Assembly (NCBI GenBank): GCA_963559995.1
Contig: CAUWNL010000001.1
Span: forward strand, 13,108-77,107
From: an uncultured Sarcina sp.
Lineage (GTDB): Bacteria; Bacillota; Clostridia; Clostridiales; Clostridiaceae
Direction of reading: 5' to 3'
Length of the DNA stretch: 64,000 bases
Part shown: positions 46,602 to 56,424 of the stretch, piece by piece
How the letters are laid out: each line of letters opens with the position of its first letter
Position numbering within the stretch: position 1 is the first letter of the stretch
Made by a program: the position numbers and the translations under genes
Notes under the pieces: model-generated
Database searches by the model: none
Told to the model about the DNA's origin: nothing
The model's input: the letters and a program-made list of their open reading frames with translations, nothing else

Positions 46602-48371
46602 CTATACGAAAATACTTTGGCCTTCTGCAGAATTACTATTTACAACTGTTCCATTTTGTAAAACATAATAATCTAAACCATCATAAGATCCACATCCATG
46701 AACCTCTTCTCTATGTTTAATAAATGATTCATAATCACCACGAATTAAATAGAACTTAACTCCATTATTTCCTGTAAATAATGCTCCTGAAGGTCCATCT
46801 GTATCAGACATATAACTCCAAACTATTTTTCCATCTTTACCTGTAGTACCTATTTCTTTTTCTACTAGTGCCATAGCTTGCTCTACATTCTGTACTACTA
46901 TCTTAGAATTACTATTACTAGTCCCTGTTGAAGAATTTGTACTACCTGTTGATTTTACTGAGCTACTTGAATTTGAGCTCTCTGGCTTATTAAAAGATAA
47001 ATATCTAGCTGGTACATAGCCAATTTCATTGTTACCATATTCTATTTTATAAAATCCATCTTCTGCACCTAAAACAGTTACTTTAGTACCTGATTGTAAT
47101 GCTGTTTCAAGTGTTGTATCCCCAGTTGGATCTTGATAAATGCCAGCTGATTCATTACCTGTTGGTTGATATATATATGCTGTTCCTGTTTTGCTACTTG
47201 TTGTATTTTTAGTTATTGGCTCATTACAACTTATATTTTTTGTTGATCCAATAACTCCTGTAGTAGATGAATTACTTAATGTATATCCATAAAAACCCAA
47301 ACCATTAGATGTAAGTAATTTACCATTATATATTATAAATGAGTAATTATTGCTTGTATTACTTGGATCCTCAATTACTAATACTTTTACACTATTTGTG
47401 CCATTAACTCCAAATATTTGAGGACAAAACTCTGAATTACCTAAGAAATATGAGGAACTCTCACTTACTACTTTATATACTGGGTTTTTAATCACTTGAT
47501 TACCGTAAATAAATTCTGACTTATTTAAGAAGATTGTTTCTGGGAATGAACTTGAACCATCTCCAATTCCATCCTCTATAGCTGCTACAGGATTTTTATT
47601 TATAGTCCAACTTCCAAAATAAGGTGAATACAGTGATGAACTTTTTGATGATGTAACTTTAGTTGTTGAATTACTAGATTTACTATTGTTAGAACTTGTT
47701 GCTTTAACCACTTTTGAAGTGTTTTGTGAGCTTGTCTTTGACGAATTATTTACTATAGTAGAATTTGCATTTGGTAAAACTATATATTCTTCATATATAT
47801 ATCCTGTTGTTCCGTTAATCTCTACCTTATACCAATCTCCTTGTTTTTCAAGTAATGTTACTTCACTATTATTTTTTAATTTTGCTAGTATTGCTGAATT
47901 CATTGTTGCTTCTTCCCTTAAGTTTACCCTAGTTGAAACATTTGTTATGTATGCTGTACCACTTAATGAGGTTAAACTATATCCAACTCCACTTACTATC
48001 TTTTGCATATTTGATGATGCAATATATCCTGTTACACCAGTCTCCTGTACTGTTACATTATAATATCCATTACTATAACTATTTATTGTTAACATCTCTC
48101 CAACTGATATGTAACTTTCTATATTAGAAGCACTTGATGTTGTATAAAGAACTAAATTGTCGTTTCCATTTATAACACATGCCTTATTTCCACTATTATT
48201 TATTGTTCTCGCTAACATAGTTTTATTTACTGTTAAATTGTTACTTGATAAATTTCCCCCACCAGCTATCATCATTCCACCAGCACCTATTATTGCTACT
48301 GTTAGAAATGATACCAATACTTTATTCTTTATAGAGCCTTCAATTATTGAAATTACCTTATTTCTTCTCAT
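46602..48371 (-). CDS. Membrane-anchored SH3b-domain surface protein, paralog A
   Basis: 589 aa. TM anchor, SH3b-like units (YYNVTVQETGVTGYIASSNMQKI; GDWYKVEINGTTGYIYEEYI; DGFYKIEYGNNEIGYVPARYL), Ser-rich linkers and a unique C-terminal domain. Confidence 0.65.
   Translation of the reverse strand: MRRNKVISIIEGSIKNKVLVSFLTVAIIGAGGMMIAGGGNLSSNNLTVNKTMLARTINNSGNKACVINGNDNLVLYTTSSASNIESYISVGEMLTINSYSNGYYNVTVQETGVTGYIASSNMQKIVSGVGYSLTSLSGTAYITNVSTRVNLREEATMNSAILAKLKNNSEVTLLEKQGDWYKVEINGTTGYIYEEYIVLPNANSTIVNNSSKTSSQNTSKVVKATSSNNSKSSNSTTKVTSSKSSSLYSPYFGSWTINKNPVAAIEDGIGDGSSSFPETIFLNKSEFIYGNQVIKNPVYKVVSESSSYFLGNSEFCPQIFGVNGTNSVKVLVIEDPSNTSNNYSFIIYNGKLLTSNGLGFYGYTLSNSSTTGVIGSTKNISCNEPITKNTTSSKTGTAYIYQPTGNESAGIYQDPTGDTTLETALQSGTKVTVLGAEDGFYKIEYGNNEIGYVPARYLSFNKPESSNSSSSVKSTGSTNSSTGTSNSNSKIVVQNVEQAMALVEKEIGTTGKDGKIVWSYMSDTDGPSGALFTGNNGVKFYLIRGDYESFIKHREEVHGCGSYDGLDYYVLQNGTVVNSNSAEGQSIFV
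47237..48371 (-). repeat. Dispersed direct repeat, copy 1 (5' two-thirds of SH3b paralog A)
   Basis: Colinear with 54861-56040. The core, about 47774-48221 versus 55443-55890, is recognisably similar at the nucleotide level (for example ...CCATTACTATAACT.TTTATTGTTAACAT.TCTCC...). Confidence 0.8.
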
Positions 48372-48916
48372 CTATCCCATCTCCCTAATATCCTAATACC
48401 ATGAACATAGTTCTTACAATCTTATATGAAATCTTTTACTTAATATTATATAAATCATGAATAAAATTATATCAAGCTATTAAAATTTATTCTAAATTAA
48501 TAATTATTTAAGATATATTCCATAACTCATTTTAATTAATCCATAATATCTCTTAGATTTAATAATTAATATCTGAACTCAATATACTCCTTTATATTCC
48601 ATATTTCAACATAATTTTCTTAAATAATCCATTAATCTTTTCAATATGTTCATTATTTATTCATAAATAAAATTAATACCAAAATTTTTCTTTTTTATAA
48701 TACCTTTATACCTTCTATAAATGCTTTTATAAGATACTTTTTATATGTTCTCACATACATATTAAATATTTATATTAATTTATTAATCTTTATCTAGAAA
48801 CTTTTAAAGATTATAATTATCTTAGAAAAATTTTAACTAACTTTTTTAATTTCATTATAGTAAATATAATTATATATTTTTAATAATAAAATTTTTATAC
48901 ACAAGGAGATGCTATT

Positions 48917-49783
48917 ATGGATTTACAAGAACTAAAGGTCTTTCAAACTGTGGCTAAGACAGGAAGTTTTTCTCAAGCTGCAAGGGAACTTAACTATGCC
49001 CAATCTAATATTTCTACAAAAATCAAGCAATTAGAAGACCATTTTAAAACTACCCTATTTTATAGACATAATAAAGGCATTACCCTAACTAATAAAGGTG
49101 AACTTTTACTTAAATATAGTGAAAAAATATTTAATCTTGTTGATGAAACAAGTAATGCTGTTATGGATAATGATGTACCAATAGGGGAACTACACATAGG
49201 TTGCTTAGAAACATTAGCAACTACATATTTGCCTCAATTGATTTCTACTTATCACAAAAGCTGTCCTCAAGTAGACTTAACTATAAAAACTGACATCACT
49301 TTAAAAAATATTGAAGATGTTCTTAATTATAAAATAGACGGTGCTTTTGTAGCTGGAAATTTTAATCATCCTGACTTAAAACAAAAAACAATTAAAGAAG
49401 AACAACTAGTATTAATTACAGATTCTCTTCACCCCATTATGTCTTCTATAAAAGATATACAAGACAGAACTTTGTTAGTATTTCCTACTGGTTGCACTTA
49501 CAGAAAGACATTAGAACAATGGCTAGATAGTGAGGGTATAATACCAAATAAAATCATGGAATTTGATACAATATCAGCTATAATATCTTGTGTGTGTTCA
49601 GGCCTTGGTATAAGCCTACTTCCTCTTCCAGTAGTACAAAAATACATAGATTCAGGGGTGTTAAAATATCACTCTATAAGAGAACCTTATAACAAAGCCC
49701 CAATAGTCTTTGTTTATAGAAAAGATAAATTCATTCCTAAAGCCTTAACAGAATTTATTAATACATTTCATACTAACCCTTAA
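48917..49783 (+). CDS. LysR-family transcriptional regulator
   Basis: 288 aa. N-terminal HTH LKVFQTVAKTGSFSQAARELNYAQSNISTKIKQLE plus a substrate-binding domain. Confidence 0.85.
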   Translation: MDLQELKVFQTVAKTGSFSQAARELNYAQSNISTKIKQLEDHFKTTLFYRHNKGITLTNKGELLLKYSEKIFNLVDETSNAVMDNDVPIGELHIGCLETLATTYLPQLISTYHKSCPQVDLTIKTDITLKNIEDVLNYKIDGAFVAGNFNHPDLKQKTIKEEQLVLITDSLHPIMSSIKDIQDRTLLVFPTGCTYRKTLEQWLDSEGIIPNKIMEFDTISAIISCVCSGLGISLLPLPVVQKYIDSGVLKYHSIREPYNKAPIVFVYRKDKFIPKALTEFINTFHTNP

Positions 49784-49817
49784 TTACACTATATACTATA
49801 CCTTTAATTTCTTTACT

Positions 49818-49856
49818 TCTAGCCATCTGTTTAACAGATGGCTAGAATATTTTTTT
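49818..49856 (+). terminator. Intrinsic terminator after the lysR-family gene
   Basis: Perfect 15-bp stem TTCTAGCCATCTGTT / AACAGATGGCTAGAA followed by a T7 run. Confidence 0.85.
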
Positions 49857-50062
49857 AGTATTTTTCAAGATATCAAACCTCCTATATAATTAAACCAGAA
49901 ATAAAAGCTATGTTTAAAACTTAATATTGATTTTAAAGGAAGATAAAATAATACTCTTTTACAATCCTAATTTAATATTTGAACTCTTTTATCTTCTAAA
50001 TTGATATACATTTAAAATATAGCTTAAAACCAAAGATAAATTTTAAGGAAGTGACTTTTTAA

Positions 50063-51223
50063 TTGAATAGACGTTTTTACTTATTTCTACTAGCAGGAAT
50101 ATCTGCCTTAATTATTGCCATTGGTATAGGACGATTCTCATATACTCCCCTATTACCACTTATGCAAAAAAATGATGCTTTATTTTCAAATACCCTAGCT
50201 GGTTTTCTAGCATCAAGCAATTACGCTGGATATTTAGTTGGCTCTATATTAGTTGTAATAATTCCTATGAAGCACCATAAAACAACTGTTTTAAAACTAA
50301 GCTTAATAGCCTCAATTTTAACTACTGCTTTTATGGGAATATTTAGTCTTTACTCACTATGGTTTGCTTTTCGCTTTATATCAGGTGTAGTTAGTGCTTT
50401 TCTATTTATTTTAGCATCAGGAATAGTTCTAGAAGAACTAACTAAACAAAATAAAATAAAACTATCAGGTATTTTTTATAGTGGCCCAGGTATAGGTATT
50501 TTCCTAACAGGTATTTTAATTCCTATTTTTAATACTTTATTTAATTGGGAAGTTATTTGGATTTTATTATCCATAATAAGCATACCCCTTGCAATAATTT
50601 CATGGATTTATCTAAAAGATATTCCTAAAACAGAAGATAACTTAAATATTACTAAAGTATCTGTAAAAGTTCCTCCTGCAAAATGGTTACCATGGATTTT
50701 TATAGCCTATGGTCTAGAAGGACTCGGATACATAGTTACTGGTACATTTATTATAGATATTGCTGAAAATATTCCAAGCTTTAATGGACATGCCACAATA
50801 GTTTGGGCAATAGTAGGACTCTTTGCTATTCCCTCATGTTTGCTTTGGTCATCCCTTGGTAAAAAATATGGCCTTATAAAATCACTAATCTTTGCAATGA
50901 TTCTTCAGGCTGTTGGAATAGCTTTTCCTGTATTTTTTCCTACAGAACTAGGAATTGTAATAAGCGCTATATTATTTGGTGCCACTTTTATTGGTATAAC
51001 AGCCCTTGGTACAACTTTAGTAAGTTATATAAAACCAAAGGATAATAGCAAAATTATAGGTGCTTTTACTGCTATTTATGGCGTAGGTCAAATGATAGGT
51101 CCATCTTTAGCAGGAATCTTATCCTCTTATCTGTCTTTAGTAGTTGCTGCTATAGTTGTTTTTGTAGGAGGTTGTCTATTATTTTCAGGGGTTAAACATG
51201 AAAGAGTACCTGATTTAAGTTAG
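50063..51223 (+). CDS. YbfB/YjiJ-family MFS transporter
   Basis: 386 aa. TTG start behind AAGGAAGTGA. IGIGRFSYTPLLPLMQ...LASSNYAGYLVGS is the signature head of this family. Confidence 0.75.
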   Translation: MNRRFYLFLLAGISALIIAIGIGRFSYTPLLPLMQKNDALFSNTLAGFLASSNYAGYLVGSILVVIIPMKHHKTTVLKLSLIASILTTAFMGIFSLYSLWFAFRFISGVVSAFLFILASGIVLEELTKQNKIKLSGIFYSGPGIGIFLTGILIPIFNTLFNWEVIWILLSIISIPLAIISWIYLKDIPKTEDNLNITKVSVKVPPAKWLPWIFIAYGLEGLGYIVTGTFIIDIAENIPSFNGHATIVWAIVGLFAIPSCLLWSSLGKKYGLIKSLIFAMILQAVGIAFPVFFPTELGIVISAILFGATFIGITALGTTLVSYIKPKDNSKIIGAFTAIYGVGQMIGPSLAGILSSYLSLVVAAIVVFVGGCLLFSGVKHERVPDLS

Positions 51224-51372
51224 TCTATATTAATAGTTATATTATCTCTTAATATATTTTTCCTTTAAATAAAAGTTTAAAGTGGCTTTTTTATTTAAAG
51301 TAATCCATAAATCTTTATAAACTAACGTTTATTAAATCCCAAATAAAATTTATTAAATTGGAGATGAGTTAT

Positions 51373-52095
51373 ATGAAAAATTCTAGTTATGTTTATATAG
51401 CAAGCTGTGTATTTACCCGTGAATATCCAGAGCTTAGTGCGAAAATCCAAGATTATCTTACAAAGAATTTTAACATTCCTATTATGAGATGTTGTGTTCC
51501 AAAGTATAAGCTAAAAGAATTTACGGAATCTATGCCTAATTGGTTACAAAACCGTTGGAGTAGTACACCAGATTTTTTAGATATTACTCAAGAGCAAACT
51601 ATAATTTATGTATGTCATAATTGCTCAGCTATATTTGAAGAATATAGGCCAGATTTAAAGAGAATATCCCTATGGGAATTTATTTTAAATGACGAGAATT
51701 TTAATTTTCCAAACTACAATAAAGAAAAAATAGCACTTCAAGATTGTTGGCGTAGCTATGATAACTATACCGAACAAGAAGCTGTGAGATTCTTATTAAG
51801 AAAGATGAATATAGACATTGTTGAGTTAAAAAATAATCATGAGAAAACTGAGTTTTGTGGAGATTCACTATACAAAATTGCTCCAGAAAGAAATTTAAAA
51901 TTAGCACCAAAGCGTTTTGTTGAAAATGCTAACGGAAAATTTATTCCGTGTAATTATGAAGAGCGTGAAGATTTAATGAAAAATTACTGTAGTAAAATAC
52001 CTACAGAAAAAGTAATAGCTTATTGTCACTACTGCGTAAATGGTCTTAAATTAGGTGGGAAGAAAGCTTTTCATTTAACCGAATTACTTTTTTAA
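51373..52095 (+). CDS. Cys-rich CCG-domain protein (LutA/GlpC/HdrB-like), paralog 1
   Basis: 240 aa from ATG 51373, about 10 nt after GGAG. Layout: YIASCVF...MRCCVP...VCHNCSAIFEE...LQDCWRS...EFCGDS...YCHYCVNGL...HLTELLF, colinear with the LutA-type duplicated CCG fold. Confidence 0.55.
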   Translation: MKNSSYVYIASCVFTREYPELSAKIQDYLTKNFNIPIMRCCVPKYKLKEFTESMPNWLQNRWSSTPDFLDITQEQTIIYVCHNCSAIFEEYRPDLKRISLWEFILNDENFNFPNYNKEKIALQDCWRSYDNYTEQEAVRFLLRKMNIDIVELKNNHEKTEFCGDSLYKIAPERNLKLAPKRFVENANGKFIPCNYEEREDLMKNYCSKIPTEKVIAYCHYCVNGLKLGGKKAFHLTELLF

Positions 52096-52499
52096 GTTTA
52101 TATTTATAAACTATATTTTAAATTAACGTTAGTTCTAAGAAAATTAAATAATTAACCTAATTTCATTAAGTATTTTAATTATCTTCTTATAAAATTGCTA
52201 AATTCCTATAACTTATATTCTCAAACATTAGAAATTTTATAGTAATTTTATTTTGGAGATAAAAAATACTATTAGATTATTGAAATTAATATTTATATAG
52301 ATCATAGATTTTTATATTCAATATAATATGGACATATTATATTAAATATTACCTAAAATATATCTATCAAACATTTTAGGATACTTTGATTTAAGTAAAA
52401 TTATCATTTAAATGAAGAAAGGAAGTGAATTTATTATCTTAATTATAAATTCTAATAGACTAAAACTATTTAGATACCCTTTAAGATAATATAAATATT

Positions 52500-53354
52500 A
52501 TGACTACATATCATTATACACAAGTTAAAAATTTAAATATCTTTTATCGCAAAGGAGGTAATCCAAATAATCCTATAATTGTATTATTTCATGGCTTTCC
52601 ATCAGCCAGTCATTATTTTAGAGAATTAATGCCTATTCTTGAAAAGGACTATTATGTTATTGCTCCTGATTTCCCTGGCTTTGGTAACTCTGACTGTCCT
52701 AGTAGAGATGAATTTACTTATACATTTGATAATATATCTAATGTTATGGAAGCCTTTATTAAAAAATTAAGTATAAAAAAATATGCTTTATTCGTTTTTG
52801 ATTATGGTGCTCCTATAGGTTTTCGTTTAGCAATGAATAACCCTGAAAGCATTACAGCTATTATAAGCCAAAATGGTAATGTTTATAGAGAAGGTTTAGG
52901 CACAAAATGGGCTACTAGAGAAGAGTACTGGAATAATCCAACTGAAGAAAAGAGACAAAGTTATAAAATAGCTTTTGCCCCTGAAACTATTAAAAATCAA
53001 TATACAGATGGAACAAAAGAAAACAGTGTCTCCCCTGATGGTTACACATTAGATACTTATTATATGTCTAGACCTGAAAATGATGAAAAACAACTAGACT
53101 TAATTTTCGATTATCAAACTAACGTAAAAATGTACCCTGAGTTTCAAGAATATCTTAGAAAATATCAACCACCACTATTAGCAGTTTGGGGTAAAAATGA
53201 TGTTTCATTTATTCCTCAAGGAGCTAAAGCCTTTAAAAAAGATTTACCTAATGCAGAAATTCATTTATTAGATAGTGGTCACTTTGCACTAGAAACTCAC
53301 TCAAAAGAAATTGGTGAATTAATGTTAGAATTTTTAAAACCATTATCAAAATAA
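52500..53354 (+). CDS. Alpha/beta-fold hydrolase (epoxide-hydrolase/haloalkane-dehalogenase-like)
   Basis: 284 aa. LFHGFPSAS oxyanion motif, nucleophile region VFDYGAPIG (Asp nucleophile type), C-terminal DSGHFALE. Confidence 0.7.
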   Translation: MTTYHYTQVKNLNIFYRKGGNPNNPIIVLFHGFPSASHYFRELMPILEKDYYVIAPDFPGFGNSDCPSRDEFTYTFDNISNVMEAFIKKLSIKKYALFVFDYGAPIGFRLAMNNPESITAIISQNGNVYREGLGTKWATREEYWNNPTEEKRQSYKIAFAPETIKNQYTDGTKENSVSPDGYTLDTYYMSRPENDEKQLDLIFDYQTNVKMYPEFQEYLRKYQPPLLAVWGKNDVSFIPQGAKAFKKDLPNAEIHLLDSGHFALETHSKEIGELMLEFLKPLSK

Positions 53355-53514
53355 CAAGTAAAATATAAATTTAAACTCCACTTCCTTATATGTTAATATA
53401 GCTGTAATGAAGTGATTTTATTATACAAGCATAAAAAATATATAGTTTATGCATAAAATAAGTAAAAAAAGCCTGTGTTAAGATATACACAAGATATTTA
53501 AAGGAGGTAATTTT

Positions 53515-54171
53515 ATGGCAGAAATATTTTTTCCAAGCTGTAAAACAAAATTAGCTTACCCAGAATCTAGTGAAAAGCTTAATAATTACATAAAGAAAAA
53601 ACTTAATATAGAAACCACTGGTTGTTGTAGACCAAATCATTCAAAGCTAACATCTAATGATACTGCCCTTGTTGTTTGTAATAATTGTGCAGCTATTATT
53701 GAGGAAAGTTCCCAAAGCAAAAATATAAAATTTGTATGGGAGTTAATAAATGAGGATGAGAGTTTTAACTTTCCAAACTATCATGGAGAAACTATGGTAA
53801 TACAAGATTGTTGGACTGCCTTTGAGAAAAGACATCTTCAAGATACCATACGTTCACTTTTATCAAAGATGAATATAAATTATATAGAACTTGAAGAAAA
53901 TTTTGAAAAGACACGTTTTTGTGGAACTAAGCTACTGTCTCCATGTAATCCAAGTAATGCAAAATTAGCCCCTAAAAGATATGTTAAAAATGGCTCTCAT
54001 ATGTTTAATCCTTGTAGTCCTAAAGAACAAGCTTTATATTTTAAGAGGTATTGTAAAAATATAAAGGAAGATAAGGTTATTTGCTATTGTACTTTTTGTG
54101 TAGATGGTATTAATATAGGTGAAAAACAAGGCGTGCATATAATAGAACTTTTATTTCCTGAGGATAAATAA
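53515..54171 (+). CDS. Cys-rich CCG-domain protein (LutA/GlpC/HdrB-like), paralog 2
   Basis: 218 aa behind AAAGGAGG. Layout: IFFPSCK...TGCCRPN...VVCNNCAAIIEE...IQDCWTA...RFCGTK...CYCTFCVDGI...HIIELLF. Confidence 0.55.
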   Translation: MAEIFFPSCKTKLAYPESSEKLNNYIKKKLNIETTGCCRPNHSKLTSNDTALVVCNNCAAIIEESSQSKNIKFVWELINEDESFNFPNYHGETMVIQDCWTAFEKRHLQDTIRSLLSKMNINYIELEENFEKTRFCGTKLLSPCNPSNAKLAPKRYVKNGSHMFNPCSPKEQALYFKRYCKNIKEDKVICYCTFCVDGINIGEKQGVHIIELLFPEDK

Positions 54172-54285
54172 AATACATTGCCTTCTTTTAATAAAATATT
54201 GGTTTTAGATAAGAATAAAAAAGTTAAATTAACCTTTTAAACTTACCTAAAACCAACAACTATTTAAAGAAAATTAAATTATATC

Positions 54286-56040
54286 CTATAAATTCATTTG
54301 AAATGATAACCAAGCTGGAAATTCTAAGTTTAAGGAGTATACCTCTTTATTTTTGCAAGCTTCATTAAATGTCTTTGTATTGGCTAATTGTCCATCTGTA
54401 CTAATCACTCCATTATATACACCAAAATCATTAGAATTTTCACACATTTGTTGTAATGTTGATATTGCAAAAGAATAATAGAATTGTCCATCAGTAAAAT
54501 ATCCAGGATAAACTGTTTCCCCTTGTGTTGCTGGGAAATTAGTATTATATGTTACATTTATAAGAAGAGCATCTTCTCCGTATTTCTTCATTAATGCTTC
54601 CTTTTGTGCTGTTGTTCCATGTTCAACTATTTCCTGCTGAGCTGAATTTAATACTATATATCCATTATTTTTAACTAATCCTTTTATTTGATTATAAACC
54701 TCTTTTCTAAGAGTATTAGAATTTATTCCAAGCTTATCTGCATATTTACTTAATGTATAATAACATTGTCCACTTGCCACATTTATTGTACTTAAATTTT
54801 CTGGTAATTTTTCATTTGATATCTTTGTTTCCTTTATTACAGGATTATAAACTGATACCTCTCCTGTTGACCCATGAATACTTGCAGTTGAAGAATTAGT
54901 AAGACTATATTCATAGAAACATACTCCATCAACTATATCTAATTTACCATTATGAATTAGGAATATATAACTATCAGAACTATATAAGGTATCATTACTT
55001 GAAGCTGAAACTACTAATACTTGAACATCTTCCCCATTTCCAAATAAAGTTTCACATGAACCATTATTAGTAAAGTATGATGAATTAATTGTTTCTACTT
55101 TATAATATGGATTATTTATTACCTTATTTCCAAAAACAAATTTTGATTCACTTAAGAAAATTGTTTCAGGTAATTTACTTGGATTTGCACCACCAACTCC
55201 ATATATTTGTGCTACAGGATTTGTATTTACTGTCCAACTTCCAAAGTAAGGTGAATATTCTGATTTAGTTGTTGAACTTCCTGTACTTGATGTTTGTCCA
55301 TTTGTGCTATTTGTTAATTTTCTAGTTGTTCCAGTAGCACTTGAACTATTATTTGATGATGTAGCTTTAGTTGATGAGTTACCTGTGTTTGAGGTTGTTG
55401 CCCTTGAACTTGATGATGAATTGTTTGTTGTATTTGAATTTGCTATTGCTATGTACTCTCCATAAATATATCCTGTTGTTCCATTAGCCTCTACTTTATA
55501 CCAATCTCCTTGTTTTCCAAGTAGAGTTACTGATGTATCATTTTTAAGCTTTGCAAGTGTCTCTGAATTCATTGTTGCGTTTTCCCTTAAATTAACCACA
55601 GTTGAAACATTAGTTACATAGGCTGTTCCACTTAATGAAGTTAAATTATCCCCAACTCCACTTACTATCTTTTGCATATCAGCTGATGCAATATATCCTG
55701 TTGCTCCTGTTTCTTGAACAGTAACATTATAATATCCATTACTATAACTGTTTATTGTTAACATTTCTCCTACAGATATATATCCTGCTATATTAGAATT
55801 ATTTGCTGATGTATAAAGAACTAAATTATCATTTCCATTTATAACACAAGCCTTGTTTCCACTATTATTTATTGTTCCCGCTAACACTGTTTTATTAATC
55901 CCAATAGTGTTATTTTGAAAATTACTATGACTTGATAAAAATACACCACCAGCTCCTATTAAGGAAACTGTTAAAATTCCAACTAACATTTTGTTTCTTA
56001 CTGAATACTCTAAAATTGATACTATCTTATTTCTTTTCAT
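54286..56040 (-). CDS. Membrane-anchored SH3b-domain surface protein, paralog B
   Basis: 584 aa. The first 390 aa or so are colinear with paralog A (TM anchor, 2 SH3b units, Ser-rich linker, YSPYFGSWT... module). The C-terminal 190 aa or so are unrelated. Confidence 0.65.
   Translation of the reverse strand: MKRNKIVSILEYSVRNKMLVGILTVSLIGAGGVFLSSHSNFQNNTIGINKTVLAGTINNSGNKACVINGNDNLVLYTSANNSNIAGYISVGEMLTINSYSNGYYNVTVQETGATGYIASADMQKIVSGVGDNLTSLSGTAYVTNVSTVVNLRENATMNSETLAKLKNDTSVTLLGKQGDWYKVEANGTTGYIYGEYIAIANSNTTNNSSSSSRATTSNTGNSSTKATSSNNSSSATGTTRKLTNSTNGQTSSTGSSTTKSEYSPYFGSWTVNTNPVAQIYGVGGANPSKLPETIFLSESKFVFGNKVINNPYYKVETINSSYFTNNGSCETLFGNGEDVQVLVVSASSNDTLYSSDSYIFLIHNGKLDIVDGVCFYEYSLTNSSTASIHGSTGEVSVYNPVIKETKISNEKLPENLSTINVASGQCYYTLSKYADKLGINSNTLRKEVYNQIKGLVKNNGYIVLNSAQQEIVEHGTTAQKEALMKKYGEDALLINVTYNTNFPATQGETVYPGYFTDGQFYYSFAISTLQQMCENSNDFGVYNGVISTDGQLANTKTFNEACKNKEVYSLNLEFPAWLSFQMNL
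54861..56040 (-). repeat. Dispersed direct repeat, copy 2 (5' two-thirds of SH3b paralog B)
   Basis: See 47237-48371. Same orientation, about 7.7 kb apart. Confidence 0.8.
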
Positions 56041-56332
56041 TTTCTTCTCTCCTTTGATTTAATGAACATTGTTTTCCCATAATAAAAAAATATAAATTTA
56101 TAACTTTACTGAATTATATGCCTAAAATTAACCATTATCAAGATAAATTTTACATATTATCTATTTGTTTTTTATATGAATTTACAATTTATTCATAAAT
56201 ATATTTAATGATATTAGTTTATAAAACTCTCCATATTGATATAGTTGAATATATTGTGTTCTAAAGAATTTGAAAGTAATATTTTAATGTGTATATAAAA
56301 AGAATATTTTTATATTTATTTACTTTTATCTA

Positions 56333-56370
56333 TTGTTTTTCCATAAATTTGTGATATAATAAATTTATGG
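56333..56370 (+). promoter_or_regulatory. Candidate pflB promoter embedded in a perfect 10-bp inverted repeat
   Basis: CCATAAATTT-GTGATATAAT-AAATTTATGG (56341-56370). The loop carries an extended -10 (TGATATAAT, 56352-56360). TTGTTT lies 16 nt upstream at 56333-56338. Confidence 0.45.
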
Positions 56371-56424
56371 AAAATAATTATTGTTTAATAATTATTATTT
56401 AATAGATTTGTTTGGGGGTATTTC

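Noticed and set aside
46499-48396. Plus-strand ORFs 46499-46720, 47686-48063, 47933-48127 and 48157-48396
   Set aside because: They are antisense to the SH3b paralog A gene, whose minus-strand product has recognisable SH3b units and a paralog elsewhere in the window.
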